A stretch of 64,000 nt of DNA, taken from assembly GCA_963752475.1 (NCBI GenBank), contig CAVVYR010000006.1, forward strand, positions 799,074 to 863,073, written 5' to 3'. The stretch comes from an uncultured Chloroflexia bacterium (GTDB taxonomy: Bacteria; Chloroflexota; Limnocylindria; Limnocylindrales; CSP1-4). The position numbers were made by a program, and so were the translations under genes. The first letter of the stretch is position 1, and every line of letters begins with the position of its first letter. Below the pieces are notes generated by a model. That model made no database searches, was not told the origin of the DNA, and was given only the letters and a program-made list of their open reading frames with translations. Below are positions 1-10,483 of the stretch, piece after piece.

Positions 1-300
1 GCCAACAAGACGGCCGGTCCCGACATCAGCGCCGCCGACTGGCTGCTGAAGAAGGGCGTCGTCGCGACCGGCACCGACACCGAGACCTACGAGGTCCAGC
101 CCGCCCCCGACCCGGGCCCCGAAGGCAATCCCCAGCCGGTGCACAAACATCTGCTCATCGACAACGGCATCTACCTCATGGAGAGCCTCGACCTGGAGGA
201 GCTGTCCAGGGAGAAGCTCTACGAGTTCGCGTTCATCGCGCTGCCCCTGAAGATCCGTGGCACGACCGCCTCGATGGTCGACCCCGTCGCCGCTATCTGA
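1..300 (+). CDS. Cyclase family (kynurenine formamidase-like) protein, 3' part only
   Basis: Frame +1 reads ...GPDISAADWL...GTDT...PVHKHLLIDNGIYLMESLDLEEL...FIALPLKIRGTTASMVDPVAAI*, a typical cyclase C-terminus; truncated by the window edge. Confidence 0.85.
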   Translation, partial: ANKTAGPDISAADWLLKKGVVATGTDTETYEVQPAPDPGPEGNPQPVHKHLLIDNGIYLMESLDLEELSREKLYEFAFIALPLKIRGTTASMVDPVAAI

Positions 301-364
301 TCTGACCCGACGCACCCTGTCCGAAACGCCCTCGCCCGCCCGTTCCCGAAAGGAGCCATCCCAA

Positions 365-1423
365 GTGACCGACACCATGCAGGCCCTCGTCGTCCTCGAG
401 CCCGAGCGGTTCGAGATCCAGGAGGTGCCGGTGCCTGCGCCCGGGCCGATGGAGGTCCTCTGCCGGGTCAAGGCCGTGTCCATCTGCGGCACCGACTCGC
501 ACCTCATCGCGGGTGACTACCCGGGCTTCTGGCCGCCCGCGTTCCCGATCATCCCCGGCCACGAGTGGTCCGGCGAGATCGTCGAGCTCGGTCCCGGTGC
601 CGAGAAGGCCGGCTGGAAGGTCGGCGACCGCGTCGCGGGCACCAGCCACGATGCCTGCGGCGTCTGCCAGCAGTGCGTCGAGGGGCGCTACAACCTCTGC
701 GAGAACTACGGCGTGATGGACCTCCATCGCCAGTACGGCCACAACTACCAGGGTGCCGATGCCGAGTACGTGGTCCATGGCGTCAAGTGCATCTTCCCGC
801 TGCCCGAGAGCGTGAGCTGGGAGGAGGGCGCCGTCATCGACCCCGCGTCGATCGCTCTGCACGTGGCGAACCGGGCCCAGATCCAGCCGGGGGACAACGT
901 CGGCATCATGGGTGGTGGCGCCATCGGTCTGCTCGGAGGGGAGGCGGCCAAGATCCGCGGCGCTGGCCGTGTCATCGTCGTGGAGCCGTTGGCGCAGCGT
1001 CGCCAGAAGGCACTCGACATGGGCTTCGAGGTCATCGACTCCTCCGCCGGCGACGCCGGCGCCACGCTGCGCGAGATGACCGGCGGCCTGGGCGTCGACA
1101 GGATCATCGAGGCGGCCGGCGTGCCCATCACCGTGCAGTGGTCGCTGGCAGCCCTGCGCAAGGGTGGCCGTATCGCCGCTGTCGGTATCCCCAACAAGGG
1201 TGTCGAGATCGACATGCGGGAGCTCGTGCTCTATGAGTTGGAGATCGCCGGCTCACGCGCGTCCGCAGGGGAGATGCGTCGCGTGATGCCGCACGTGGCG
1301 GACGGTCGCATGCGCCTCTCGCAGGTCATGACCCACGAGTTCAGCCTGTCTGACTACGCCGACGCGCTGACCACCTTCCGAGATCCCGACTCGGGCGCCA
1401 TCAAGATCATCATCAAGCCATAG
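365..1423 (+). CDS. Zn-dependent alcohol/polyol dehydrogenase (MDR family), copy 1
   Basis: ICGTD and GHE motifs, structural Zn motif CxxCxxCx7C, GxGxxG (GGGAIG); GTG start at 365 after AAGGAG. Confidence 0.92.
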   Translation: MTDTMQALVVLEPERFEIQEVPVPAPGPMEVLCRVKAVSICGTDSHLIAGDYPGFWPPAFPIIPGHEWSGEIVELGPGAEKAGWKVGDRVAGTSHDACGVCQQCVEGRYNLCENYGVMDLHRQYGHNYQGADAEYVVHGVKCIFPLPESVSWEEGAVIDPASIALHVANRAQIQPGDNVGIMGGGAIGLLGGEAAKIRGAGRVIVVEPLAQRRQKALDMGFEVIDSSAGDAGATLREMTGGLGVDRIIEAAGVPITVQWSLAALRKGGRIAAVGIPNKGVEIDMRELVLYELEIAGSRASAGEMRRVMPHVADGRMRLSQVMTHEFSLSDYADALTTFRDPDSGAIKIIIKP

Positions 1424-1996
1424 CGAAAGGCGTGTTCGTGCAGAGCCTCCCCCCAACGCTGCCGAAGCCGACCGACCAGACAGCCGCAGACGCGCGGGCG
1501 CCTGCATGACCGACACCATGCAGGCCCTCGTCGTCCTCGAGCCCGAGCGGTTCGAGATCCAGGAGGTGCCGGTGCCTGCGCCCGGGCCGATGGAGGTCCT
1601 CTGCCGGGTCAAGGCCGTGTCCATCTGCGGCACCGACTCGCACCTCATCGCGGGTGACTACCCGGGCTTCTGGCCGCCCGCGTTCCCGATCATCCCCGGC
1701 CACGAGTGGTCCGGCGAGATCGTCGAGCTCGGTCCCGGTGCCGAGAAGGCCGGCTGGAAGGTCGGCGACCGCGTCGCGGGCACCAGCCACGATGCCTGCG
1801 GCGTCTGCCAGCAGTGCGTCGAGGGGCGCTACAACCTCTGCGAGAACTACGGCGTGATGGACCTCCATCGCCAGTACGGCCACAACTACCAGGGTGCCGA
1901 TGCCGAGTACGTGGTCCATGGCGTCAAGTGCATCTTCCCGCTGCCCGAGAGCGTGAGCTGGGAGGAGGGCGCCGTCATCGACCCCGCGTCGATCGC
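366..1996 (+). repeat. Direct repeat of about 490 bp (366-855 = 1507-1996) covering the 5' halves of the two dehydrogenases
   Basis: Sequences read as identical at offset 1141 until the first mismatch at 856/1997. Confidence 0.9.
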
Positions 1997-2561
1997 CCTG
2001 CATTGCGCCCGGCGTGGTCGCATCAAGCCCGGAGACGATGTCGTGATCATGGGTGCGGGTCCGGTGGGCCTGCTCGCGGGCGATGCCGCGATGGCCATGG
2101 GCGCCGGCCACGTCATCGTCATCGGCCGCGGGCCGCGGCTGGAGAAGGCCCGCGCGATGGGCTTCTTCGGTGTGGACTCGACCGCGGTCGACGTGGTGAC
2201 GGCCATCCGCGATCAGACCGACGGCCGGGGCGCAGACGTCGTCCTCGAGGCTGCGGGGACACCCACGACGCTGACCTGGTCGCTGGCGGCCCTGCGCAAG
2301 GGTGGCCGCATCGCCGCGGTCGGCATCCCCAGCGAAGGCGTCAGCATCGACATGCGCGAGCTCGTGCTCTACGAGCTGGAGATCGCAGGCTCACGCGCGT
2401 CGCGGGGAGAGATGCGGCGGGTGATGCCGCTCATTTCCGACGGTCGGATGCGTCTGGCCGAGATCATGACCCACGAGTTCCGGCTGGCCGACTTCGCTGA
2501 CGCGCTGGCCGCATTCAGGGATCGCTCCAGCGGGGCGATCAAGATCACCATCAAGCCGTGA
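1506..2561 (+). CDS. Zn-dependent alcohol/polyol dehydrogenase (MDR family), copy 2
   Basis: Same catalytic half as copy 1; divergent Rossmann domain with GAGPVG. Confidence 0.92.
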   Translation: MTDTMQALVVLEPERFEIQEVPVPAPGPMEVLCRVKAVSICGTDSHLIAGDYPGFWPPAFPIIPGHEWSGEIVELGPGAEKAGWKVGDRVAGTSHDACGVCQQCVEGRYNLCENYGVMDLHRQYGHNYQGADAEYVVHGVKCIFPLPESVSWEEGAVIDPASIALHCARRGRIKPGDDVVIMGAGPVGLLAGDAAMAMGAGHVIVIGRGPRLEKARAMGFFGVDSTAVDVVTAIRDQTDGRGADVVLEAAGTPTTLTWSLAALRKGGRIAAVGIPSEGVSIDMRELVLYELEIAGSRASRGEMRRVMPLISDGRMRLAEIMTHEFRLADFADALAAFRDRSSGAIKITIKP

Positions 2562-2579
2562 GGGGAGCACTGCGGACCG

Positions 2580-4707
2580 ATGACCTGGGCCTATTCCTTC
2601 GATCATGACCACGGGCTGGCGCAGCCCGAGCTGACGGCGCTCGTCGGCGGCAAGGGCGCCAACCTCGCCATCATGACCCAGCAGCTTGGTCTGCCGGTCC
2701 CGCCTGGCTTCACCATCACCACGTTCGCCTGCAAGGTGTACCTCGATGCGGGCTGGCCGGAGGACCTCGACGGCGAGCTGCGCGAGCAGATCGGGCGCAT
2801 CGAGAAGGCCGTTGGACGACACTTCGGTGACGCCGCCGACCCGTTGCTCGTGAGCGTCCGCTCGGGCGCGCCCGTGTCGATGCCAGGCATGCTCGACACC
2901 ATCCTCAACCTGGGCCTCAATGCCGAGACCGAACGGGGCCTCGCGGCCGCCGGCGATGCGGAGTTCGCGGCTGGCTGCCGTACGCGACTCGACACGATGT
3001 ACAAGTGACATCGTGGGTGTGGACGAGGTCCCGGCCGACCCCTGGCAGCAGCTGCGTGGCGCGGTGGAGGCCGTCTTCCGCTCGTGGAACAGCGACCGGG
3101 CCATCAGCTACCGGGAGAAGGAAGGCATCTCCGGGGAGCTGGGCACTGCGGTGAACGTGCAGGCCATGGTCTTCGGCAACCGAGGGGTCGACTCGGGCAC
3201 GGGCGTGCTCTTCACGCGCAACCCGGCCACTGGCGAGAACACGCTGTATGGCGACGTGCTCTTCGGTGCGCAGGGTGAGGATGTCGTCGCCGGCACGCAC
3301 GCGACCGAGCCCATCTCCGTGCTCGACGAGACCCTGCCGGCGGTCGGGGCTGAGCTGCGCCGCTACGCGGACATGCTCGAGCGACACAACCGCGACATCT
3401 GCGACATCGAGTTCACCATCGAGGACGGACGCCTGTGGATGCTCCAGAACCGCATCGGCAAGCGCACGGCACAGGCGGCCGTGCGAGCGGCGGCCGAGAT
3501 GGCGCAGGACGAGGACTTCCCGCTGACCCGAACAGAGGCCGTAAGGAGAGTCGCGCGCATCCTTGCTGACCCGCCGACCATCGCCTCCGAGACGTCCGCT
3601 GATGTGGACGTGGTGGCCACCGGGCTGGGTGCCTCACCCGGCTTGGTCTCCGGTGCGATCGCCACGTCGCCTGAGAAGGCCGTCGCCATGGCCGACAGCG
3701 GGAGCGATGTGCTGCTGGTTCGCTCGGAGACCTCGCCCGACGACGTGCATGGCATGGCCAAGTCGGTCGGCATCCTGACCTCGACCGGTGGGCTGGCCTC
3801 GCATGCGGCGGTCGTCGCGCGTGGCTGGGACATCCCCGCGGTGGTCGGTGCCTCGGACGTAGTGGTGGGAGCCGGAGCGATCATCATCGCGGGCCGGACG
3901 TTCGCCGAGGGCGACGTCCTCTCGATCGACGGCAGCAGCGGCGAGATCTATGGTGGCGCCGTGACGACTGTCACGACCGTGGTGCCGGAGGCGGCCACGT
4001 TGCTCGGTTGGGCCAAGGAGCTCGGCATCGAGATCGGTGGTTCGAAGGAAGCTGTCGGTGAGGGCGCGGGCCCTGAGACCGGGGATGCCGTGCCACTCGA
4101 CTTCGTCGTGCGTACGCTGGCCATCAAGGGCTACGCCATGGGCGACATGCTCGCGCTTGCGCTCGGCGTGGACTCCGACGAAGCTGCGGCGATGGTCGAG
4201 CGGCTGGCCGCGGATGGCATCGCCAAGGACTCGGGCGGCATGTTCAGCCTGACCGACGACGGCAAGGCATTGGGTGCCGAGATGATCGCCGCCGACAGCG
4301 AGGCCTGGGGTGTCGCGAACGCCACCGCGGCCCTGGATGCGTTCATCGCGCTCGACCACAAGATGAAGGACATCGTCACCGCCTGGCAGATGAAGGAGGT
4401 CGAGGGCGAGCAGGTCCTCAACGACCACGCCGACGCCGAGTACGACGCTGCGGTGCTCAAGCGCCTGGCCGACCTTCACCTCGAGACCACCGCCTGGATC
4501 GCGCCGCTGATCGCCGGGTTGCCGCGCCTGGCCTCGTACGGTAGGCGTCTCGACGCGGCCGCCGAGAGGGCCGCGACGGGCGACGGCATGTACATCGCGA
4601 GCCCACGTGTCGACAGCTACCACGGCGTCTGGTTCGAGCTCCATGAGGACCTCATCAGGCTGAGTGGCAAGACCCGCGAGGAGGAGGTCGCAGCGGGCCG
4701 CGCGTAG
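2580..4707 (+). CDS. PPDK-like protein (ATP-grasp + phospho-His swivel domain, no pyruvate-binding barrel) fused to an Rv1126c-like helical domain; one-base frameshift near 3006
   Basis: GGKGANL, VSVRSGA..SMPGM, VQAMVFGN, DIEFTIE, TSTGGLASHAAVVARG; C-terminus NDHADAEYDAAVL...DSYHGVWFELHEDL; junction TAC AAG T GAC ATC. Confidence 0.85.
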
Positions 4708-4736
4708 GACCCATCACGCGATAGGCTTGCTTGATC

Positions 4737-6038
4737 ATGACCACGCGATCCAACGTCACCGTCCCGACCCTCGGGGCCGCCCGGTTCGACTCACCGCTTG
4801 CGGCCAAGGGCCGCAGCTTCTCCGATCCCCGACTTCGGGTGCGCTACCAGGCGCGCGTCAGTGACGAGACCCCCATCGGGGAGGACTTGCTCCTGGAGAA
4901 GGCCGGTCCACGGCAACGCATCTTCTTCGAGCCAGCCGGCACCAGCGCCGCCTTCGTCACCTGCGGAGGCCTCGCGCCAGGGCTCAACAACACCATCCGA
5001 TCGGGCTTCTACGAGCTGCGCCACAACTACGGCGTGGCACGGATCCTTGGCATCCAACAGGGCTACCGCGGCCTGGACCCGCACGAGGGCCTGGAGCCGA
5101 TCGAGCTGACGGCCCAGGGCGTCGACGACATCAACGACATGGGTGGCACCGTCCTGCAGACGTCACGCGGCGGCCGGGATCCGGTCGACATGGTCGACTA
5201 TCTCGAGACGCACGAGATCGACATCCTCTTCTGCATCGGCGGCGACGGCACGCAGCGCGGGGCCCACGCCATCGCAGAGGAGGTGCGCAAGCGCGGCTCC
5301 GCACGATCGATCGTGGGCATCCCCAAGACCATCGACAACGATGTGCCGTTCGTCTACACGTCCTTCGGCTATGCCACTGCGCTCGAGGGTGCGGCCGACG
5401 TTCTGCGCCAAGCGCACGTGGAGGCCAGGTGCCACGAGAACGGCGTGGGCCTGGTCAAGCTCATGGGCCGTGACGCTGGCTTCATCGCCGCCGGTGCCGC
5501 GGTCGCGGCCCAGGAGGCCAACTTCGTGCTGGTGCCGGAGATCGACTTCCCGCTCGGAGGCGAAGGTGGCTTCCTCGCAGCGCTCGAGCGGCGGCTCCTG
5601 TCTCGGCACCATGCCGTCGTGGTCGTCGCTGAGGGTGCGGGTCAGCAGCTCTTCGAGGAGGGACACGCGACGACCGACGCCTCGGGCAACCGGCGCTACC
5701 GCGACATCGGCCTGTTCCTCAAGGAGCGCATCAAGGTCCATCTCGGCGAGCGGGGGATCGGTCATACGATCAAGTACTTCGACCCCAGCTACTCCATCCG
5801 CAGCGTGCCGCCCAACGCCAACGACCGCTTCCTCACCGACCGCATGGCCCGTAACGCGGTGCACGCCGCCATGGCCGGCAAGACGGATGTGATGGTCGGC
5901 AGCTGGAACCAGTCCACGATCTGGGTGCCCATCGCCGTGGCCACGTCCGAGCGCAAGCGCATGGACCCTGACGGTGACCTCTGGCAGGCGGTCCTCTCGA
6001 CCACAGGCCAACCGAACTGGCGGGCGTCCACCGAGTAG
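4737..6038 (+). CDS. pfkA: 6-phosphofructokinase (PPi-PFK-like clade, GGDG signature suggests ATP use)
   Basis: TCGGLAPG, GGDGT, PKTIDND, MGR, AEG and DPSY motifs. Confidence 0.9.
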   Translation: MTTRSNVTVPTLGAARFDSPLAAKGRSFSDPRLRVRYQARVSDETPIGEDLLLEKAGPRQRIFFEPAGTSAAFVTCGGLAPGLNNTIRSGFYELRHNYGVARILGIQQGYRGLDPHEGLEPIELTAQGVDDINDMGGTVLQTSRGGRDPVDMVDYLETHEIDILFCIGGDGTQRGAHAIAEEVRKRGSARSIVGIPKTIDNDVPFVYTSFGYATALEGAADVLRQAHVEARCHENGVGLVKLMGRDAGFIAAGAAVAAQEANFVLVPEIDFPLGGEGGFLAALERRLLSRHHAVVVVAEGAGQQLFEEGHATTDASGNRRYRDIGLFLKERIKVHLGERGIGHTIKYFDPSYSIRSVPPNANDRFLTDRMARNAVHAAMAGKTDVMVGSWNQSTIWVPIAVATSERKRMDPDGDLWQAVLSTTGQPNWRASTE

Positions 6039-6145
6039 CTGCAGTGGCGGTTCCACGCCGACGTTCCGCGGGCGCAGGCACTGCGGTAGGGGCTGACGTA
6101 CGGACGCGGTGAGACACTTGGTCCGGACCGTGCATCTATCCGGGT

Positions 6146-6688
6146 ATGGGGGCAATGGCTGGAACGGTCGATCAGGAGCTGGTCGGGCTCGCCGAGTCAG
6201 CGATGGCGGGCGATGAGCTCGCTTTCGCCCGCATCGTCTCCGGGCTGCACGAGCAGGTCTACTCCATCGCCATGATCGTCTGCCGTGAGCGGACGCTGGC
6301 GGAGGAGGCCGAGGCCGCGACGTGGACACAGGTCTGGCGCAAGCTCAGCTCGGTCCGACAGGGCGATCGGTTGCGGCCGTGGGTCGTGGCCATCGCCTTC
6401 AACGAGGCCAAGCAGGTCCTGCGAAAGCGCAGGCGTTGGTTCCGCCACGAAGTCGCGACCGAACCGGTGGAGGCACCCGGTGGGCTCGACCCCGCGACCG
6501 GTGTGCCTGGCATCGACCTGCGTCTCGCGGTGCAGGAGCTCGATCCGGATGACCGGGCGCTGCTGACGATGCGTTACGTGCTGGGCTTCGACGCGACCGA
6601 GCTCTCGAGCGCGATGGGCCTGACGCCGTCTGGCGTCCGTTCACGCCTGGAACGCCTCCTGGCACGCCTGAGACAGGAACTCGAGTGA
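6146..6688 (+). CDS. ECF RNA polymerase sigma factor (cassette 1)
   Basis: GDELAF region 2, C-terminal HTH (GVRSRLER); start could be 6155. Confidence 0.9.
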   Translation: MGAMAGTVDQELVGLAESAMAGDELAFARIVSGLHEQVYSIAMIVCRERTLAEEAEAATWTQVWRKLSSVRQGDRLRPWVVAIAFNEAKQVLRKRRRWFRHEVATEPVEAPGGLDPATGVPGIDLRLAVQELDPDDRALLTMRYVLGFDATELSSAMGLTPSGVRSRLERLLARLRQELE

Positions 6689-7884
6689 TGAACGACAAGC
6701 AAGCGTTCGAACGGCAACTGGGCGACGAGCTCCGACGGCAGATCGGAGCCATCCCCGAAGCCAACGCACTCGACGTTGCTCGCTCGCTCGCAGGGCGAGC
6801 GCCGGCCGGCCATCCTGTCTCGGGCCTCGCCTCATCAGTGTCCTTCGGAAGGGGGTTCCCAATGTCAGCAACACTCAAGTTCGTCGCGGGCGCGGCCGTC
6901 ATCGCCTTGATCGGAGGCGTCCTCGCGACCGCGCGCGTGCTGGAGTCGGACCCGGCAACGGTCCCGGGCGCGCCGCTCGAGACCCAGCTCGTGGCGACGT
7001 CACAGTGGGAGACGCGTGGCGATCCGGACAATCCGCTGCTCTTCGGCAACTCGATCGAGGTGGCCCCGGACGGCAACATCTGGGTCCTGGACGCCAGGGG
7101 CGGGTTCCAGATCATCGCGCCCGATGGTTCCTTCGTCGAGAGCTGGGGCTCTCCCGGCAGTGGCGAGGGCGAGCTGGACTTCGACCGCGAGATCGACAGC
7201 CTCTACTACGGAGACATCTCCTTCGCCCCCGATGGCAGCTTCTACGTTGCGGAGTCGGGCAACCACCGCGTGTCCAAGTTCGATGCCGATCGGGAGTTCG
7301 TCATGAGCTGGGGTGGCAAGGGCACCGAGGATGGGCAGTTCATCGACGTCATCGGCGTCTCGGTCGCTCCGGACGGGAACGTCTACGTCATGGACGACGA
7401 ACGCTATGAGGTTCAGGTCTTCGATCCTGAAGGGCAGTTCCTTTTCAAGTTCGCAGGCCCCGGCGACGAGGCGCACAACCTCAAGGATCCCGGCACGCTC
7501 GACGTCGATGCCGATGGCACGGTCTTCGTCGACGACTGGGGCAACAGCCGCATCGTGAAGTACACGGCCGAGGGCGAATACATCGGGGAGTGGGGCGAGC
7601 GCGGGATGGGCGATGAGCCATACGCCCTGATGAACCCGCACGGCGTCGACATCGGCCCCGATGGCCGTGTGTACGTGGCCGACATGCGCAACGATCGCCT
7701 GAAGGTCTACGAACGAGACGGCACCTATGTGGCGACGTTGGGCGGCGAGTACGGCAGCGATCTCTACGTGGGCAAGCCAGTAGGCGTGGGCGTGGCCGAG
7801 GACGGCAGCGTCTACGTCATGCAGTACAACGTCAAGAGCCTCGAGAAGATCCACGTCGAGGAGGTCCCGGCCACGGGCGAGTAG
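6685..7884 (+). CDS. Putative anti-sigma: short cytoplasmic N-terminus, TM helix, extracellular NHL beta-propeller
   Basis: Start overlaps the sigma stop; hydrophobic segment after Met60; NHL repeats (YVAESGNHRVSKFD, WGGKGTEDGQF). Confidence 0.8.
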   Translation: MMNDKQAFERQLGDELRRQIGAIPEANALDVARSLAGRAPAGHPVSGLASSVSFGRGFPMSATLKFVAGAAVIALIGGVLATARVLESDPATVPGAPLETQLVATSQWETRGDPDNPLLFGNSIEVAPDGNIWVLDARGGFQIIAPDGSFVESWGSPGSGEGELDFDREIDSLYYGDISFAPDGSFYVAESGNHRVSKFDADREFVMSWGGKGTEDGQFIDVIGVSVAPDGNVYVMDDERYEVQVFDPEGQFLFKFAGPGDEAHNLKDPGTLDVDADGTVFVDDWGNSRIVKYTAEGEYIGEWGERGMGDEPYALMNPHGVDIGPDGRVYVADMRNDRLKVYERDGTYVATLGGEYGSDLYVGKPVGVGVAEDGSVYVMQYNVKSLEKIHVEEVPATGE

Positions 7885-7971
7885 AAGCGCGTCGCCGACG
7901 CGAGCGACGCCACGTCGATGGGCGACGGGCGTCGCTCCTTAGGACGCCCTGCTGCCGGATGGGCAGGAAGA

Positions 7972-7998
7972 AGCCCCGCCGGGAATGCCGGCGGGGCT
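7972..7998. terminator. Stem-loop between convergent genes
   Basis: AGCCCCGCCGG-gaatg-CCGGCGGGGCT, 11-bp perfect stem. Confidence 0.7.
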
Positions 7999-8035
7999 CT
8001 TGCGCTGGGGCCGTACTAAGCGTGGAGCGAGGGTA

Positions 8036-8905
8036 TCAGTCCTTGTCCACCGTCATCTGATCCCAGAGGGCACCGGCGTTGTGGCCCATGATGTAGTCCA
8101 TCATGTACTCCTGACCGATGTCGACCGGGAAGCGCTCCTTGAGGTTGACGCGCTCCTGTGTCTCCTCGCGGGACAGGCCCTCGGCTACCGCCGAAGCCAC
8201 GCGCGACTTCCATTCAAGCAGGATGGCTCGCTGATCGTCGAGTGACGAACGGTCGGTGAGTGGACCGTGCCCGGGTACCAGGTGGTCGAAGTCGAGCGCG
8301 CGGATCGTCTCCAGCGCCGCCAGCCAGCCGTCGACATCGGAGGTCATCAGCCATGTCTGACATTCGTTGAAGATGGTGTCGCCGGTGAAGACGACGCCCT
8401 CCTGGGGCACGTGCACCGCGATCTGGCCGGGCGTGTGGCCGGCCACATGGATGAGGTCGAAGGTGGTGTCGCCCACCTCCAGGCGCAGGTCGCCGGTGAA
8501 GACGATCGAGCCGTCGTTGGGATCGGCGTAGTACTCGTCCCGGTCGGGGAAGATGGCCTCACCCTCGGGGTCGTCGGTGGGGATGGCTTCCTTGGCGTAG
8601 GCGAAGGGGTCGAGGATCGGCGCCACGACCATGAAGTTGTCGGCCACGCCCTTGTGATGGACCACCGGCACCGGCTTGAAGTAGTAGTTGCCGAAGATGT
8701 GGTCGACGTGGTGCTCGGTGTTGATGACGTAGCGGATCCGGCCGTGCTTCTCGGCCTCCTCGCGCATGGCCACGGCACGCGTCGGCAGCTGCGGTGTATC
8801 GATGACGACCACGCCGTCGGTGGTGACGACGTAGCTGGGGTTGCAGCCGCGGATCCGTGTGTTGGCGAAGACGTTGGCGGTGACCTGCTCCATGGGCGGG
8901 TTCAC
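8036..8905 (-). CDS. Metallo-beta-lactamase-fold hydrolase
   Basis: NTEHHVDH, GHTPG, FTGD and VPGHG motifs. Confidence 0.88.
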   Translation of the reverse strand: MNPPMEQVTANVFANTRIRGCNPSYVVTTDGVVVIDTPQLPTRAVAMREEAEKHGRIRYVINTEHHVDHIFGNYYFKPVPVVHHKGVADNFMVVAPILDPFAYAKEAIPTDDPEGEAIFPDRDEYYADPNDGSIVFTGDLRLEVGDTTFDLIHVAGHTPGQIAVHVPQEGVVFTGDTIFNECQTWLMTSDVDGWLAALETIRALDFDHLVPGHGPLTDRSSLDDQRAILLEWKSRVASAVAEGLSREETQERVNLKERFPVDIGQEYMMDYIMGHNAGALWDQMTVDKD

Positions 8906-8930
8906 GATGGTTGGCTCCCTTCCGAAGTCG

Positions 8931-9716
8931 CTATTGGGTAGCAGTCAGGCCGCCGTCGATCCCGACGATCTGGCCGGTGATGAAGGACGAGGCATCACTC
9001 ACCAGGAAGATCGCCGCGCCCACGAGGTCGTCGGTGCCGCCCACGCGGGAGAGGGGGATGCGCGCCAGGACAGCATTCTTGAACTCGGGATCGTCGAGCA
9101 GCATGGCGACCTGTGGCGTGTCCACGAAGGTCGGGCTGATGGCGTTGACGTTGATGCCGTACTTGGCCCATTCGGTGGCCCACTGGCGGGTGAGTGAGCT
9201 GATCGCACCCTTGGCCGCGACGTAGGCGCTGTAGCCGGCATTGATGCCGAGGGCCGCGCGCACCGAGCTGATGTTGAGCACCTTGCCGCCATTGCCGGCC
9301 TTGATCATGGCCTTGACCGCGGCCTGGGTGGGCACGAGTGTGCAGCGCACGTTGATGTCGTAGATCCAGTCCCACGCGTCATCGGGATAGTCCTGCGCCT
9401 CGAAGAGGACCTTGCCCGCGCCGCCGCCGATGGCATTGACCATGATGTCCAGCTTGCCCAGGTGGTTGACGACCTCGTCGACCACGGCATCGGCCTCGTC
9501 GCGCTGGGTCATGTCACCGGCGATGGCGAGGCATTCGCCGCCTGCCGCCTCGACCTTGGCCTTGGTGCCGTCCACCGACTCCTGGCTGATATCGATCACG
9601 GCGACCTTCGCACCGGCCTCGGCGAGGGCGACCGCCATGGCTCCGCCGATGGCACCGCCGCCACCGCCGACGAGCGCGACCTTGCCATCGAGCTTGAACC
9701 TGTCCAGCTGACCCAT
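8931..9716 (-). CDS. SDR oxidoreductase (gluconate 5-dehydrogenase-like)
   Basis: GGGGAIG, NISS, YVAAK catalytic motif, IDGG; ATG at 9716 after GGAGG. Confidence 0.9.
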   Translation of the reverse strand: MGQLDRFKLDGKVALVGGGGGAIGGAMAVALAEAGAKVAVIDISQESVDGTKAKVEAAGGECLAIAGDMTQRDEADAVVDEVVNHLGKLDIMVNAIGGGAGKVLFEAQDYPDDAWDWIYDINVRCTLVPTQAAVKAMIKAGNGGKVLNISSVRAALGINAGYSAYVAAKGAISSLTRQWATEWAKYGINVNAISPTFVDTPQVAMLLDDPEFKNAVLARIPLSRVGGTDDLVGAAIFLVSDASSFITGQIVGIDGGLTATQ

Positions 9717-9922
9717 GCTGGTTCCTCCACACAACGTGTCCGCGTGCCCGGCGGCCGGGGGTTGGGCTTCATGCCCTGCAATCATCGATTATCGACGATG
9801 TCAGCCTAGATGTCTTGCTCCGAGACGAATTCGGGTGCATCGTGGAGTCGAATCGCGTGCCGCGGGCGCCATTGGTAGTAGAGGGCGCACGAAGGCTGCG
9901 TTCGGATGTCGGGATCGGGGGC

Positions 9923-10483
9923 ATGGATACCGACCTGGTGACACGAGCTCAGGCAGGGGACCGAAGCGCGTTCGCGCAGATCGCGGACGAAGTGCTCGAC
10001 CGTTTCCTGGCCATCGCACATCGCATCCTTCGCGATGGGGCCATGGCCGAGGATGCGACCCAGGCAGCGCTGCTCAGCCTGTGGCGGGATTTGCCCCGGC
10101 TGCGCGAGCCCGACCGTTTCGGCGCGTGGTCGACGCGGCTGCTGGTGAATGCCTGCTACTCGGAGGCCCGACGCGCCCGGCGCTGGCTGCCGAACCTGCC
10201 GCTCGAGGCTGTGCCTGAACCGATCGCCCCTGATGAATTCGGCGCCGTCGCCGACCGAGACGCGCTCGATCGGGCCTTCCACGATGTTCCCGTCGACCAG
10301 CGGGCGGTCATCGTCCTGCACCACTACGTCGGCATGCCCATCGAGACCGTCGCGCAGACTCTCGACATCCCGCCCGGCACGGTCCGCTCGCGCATGCACC
10401 GCGGGATGACCACGCTCCGCCGGGCCATGGAAGCCGATGTCCGACCGAATCATCGAGTCGTTCGACAGGAGGCCACGAGATGA
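9923..10483 (+). CDS. ECF sigma factor (cassette 2)
   Basis: MDTDLV..GD..AF, AEDATQ, LREPDRFGAW, GTVRSRMHR. Confidence 0.92.
   Translation: MDTDLVTRAQAGDRSAFAQIADEVLDRFLAIAHRILRDGAMAEDATQAALLSLWRDLPRLREPDRFGAWSTRLLVNACYSEARRARRWLPNLPLEAVPEPIAPDEFGAVADRDALDRAFHDVPVDQRAVIVLHHYVGMPIETVAQTLDIPPGTVRSRMHRGMTTLRRAMEADVRPNHRVVRQEATR

Noticed and set aside
6110-6840. Matching promoter motif upstream of sigma 1 (GACACTT..CATCTA) and inside its partner (CATCCTG..CATCAG)
   Set aside because: Only CATC is shared and there are just two instances; not enough to support a call.
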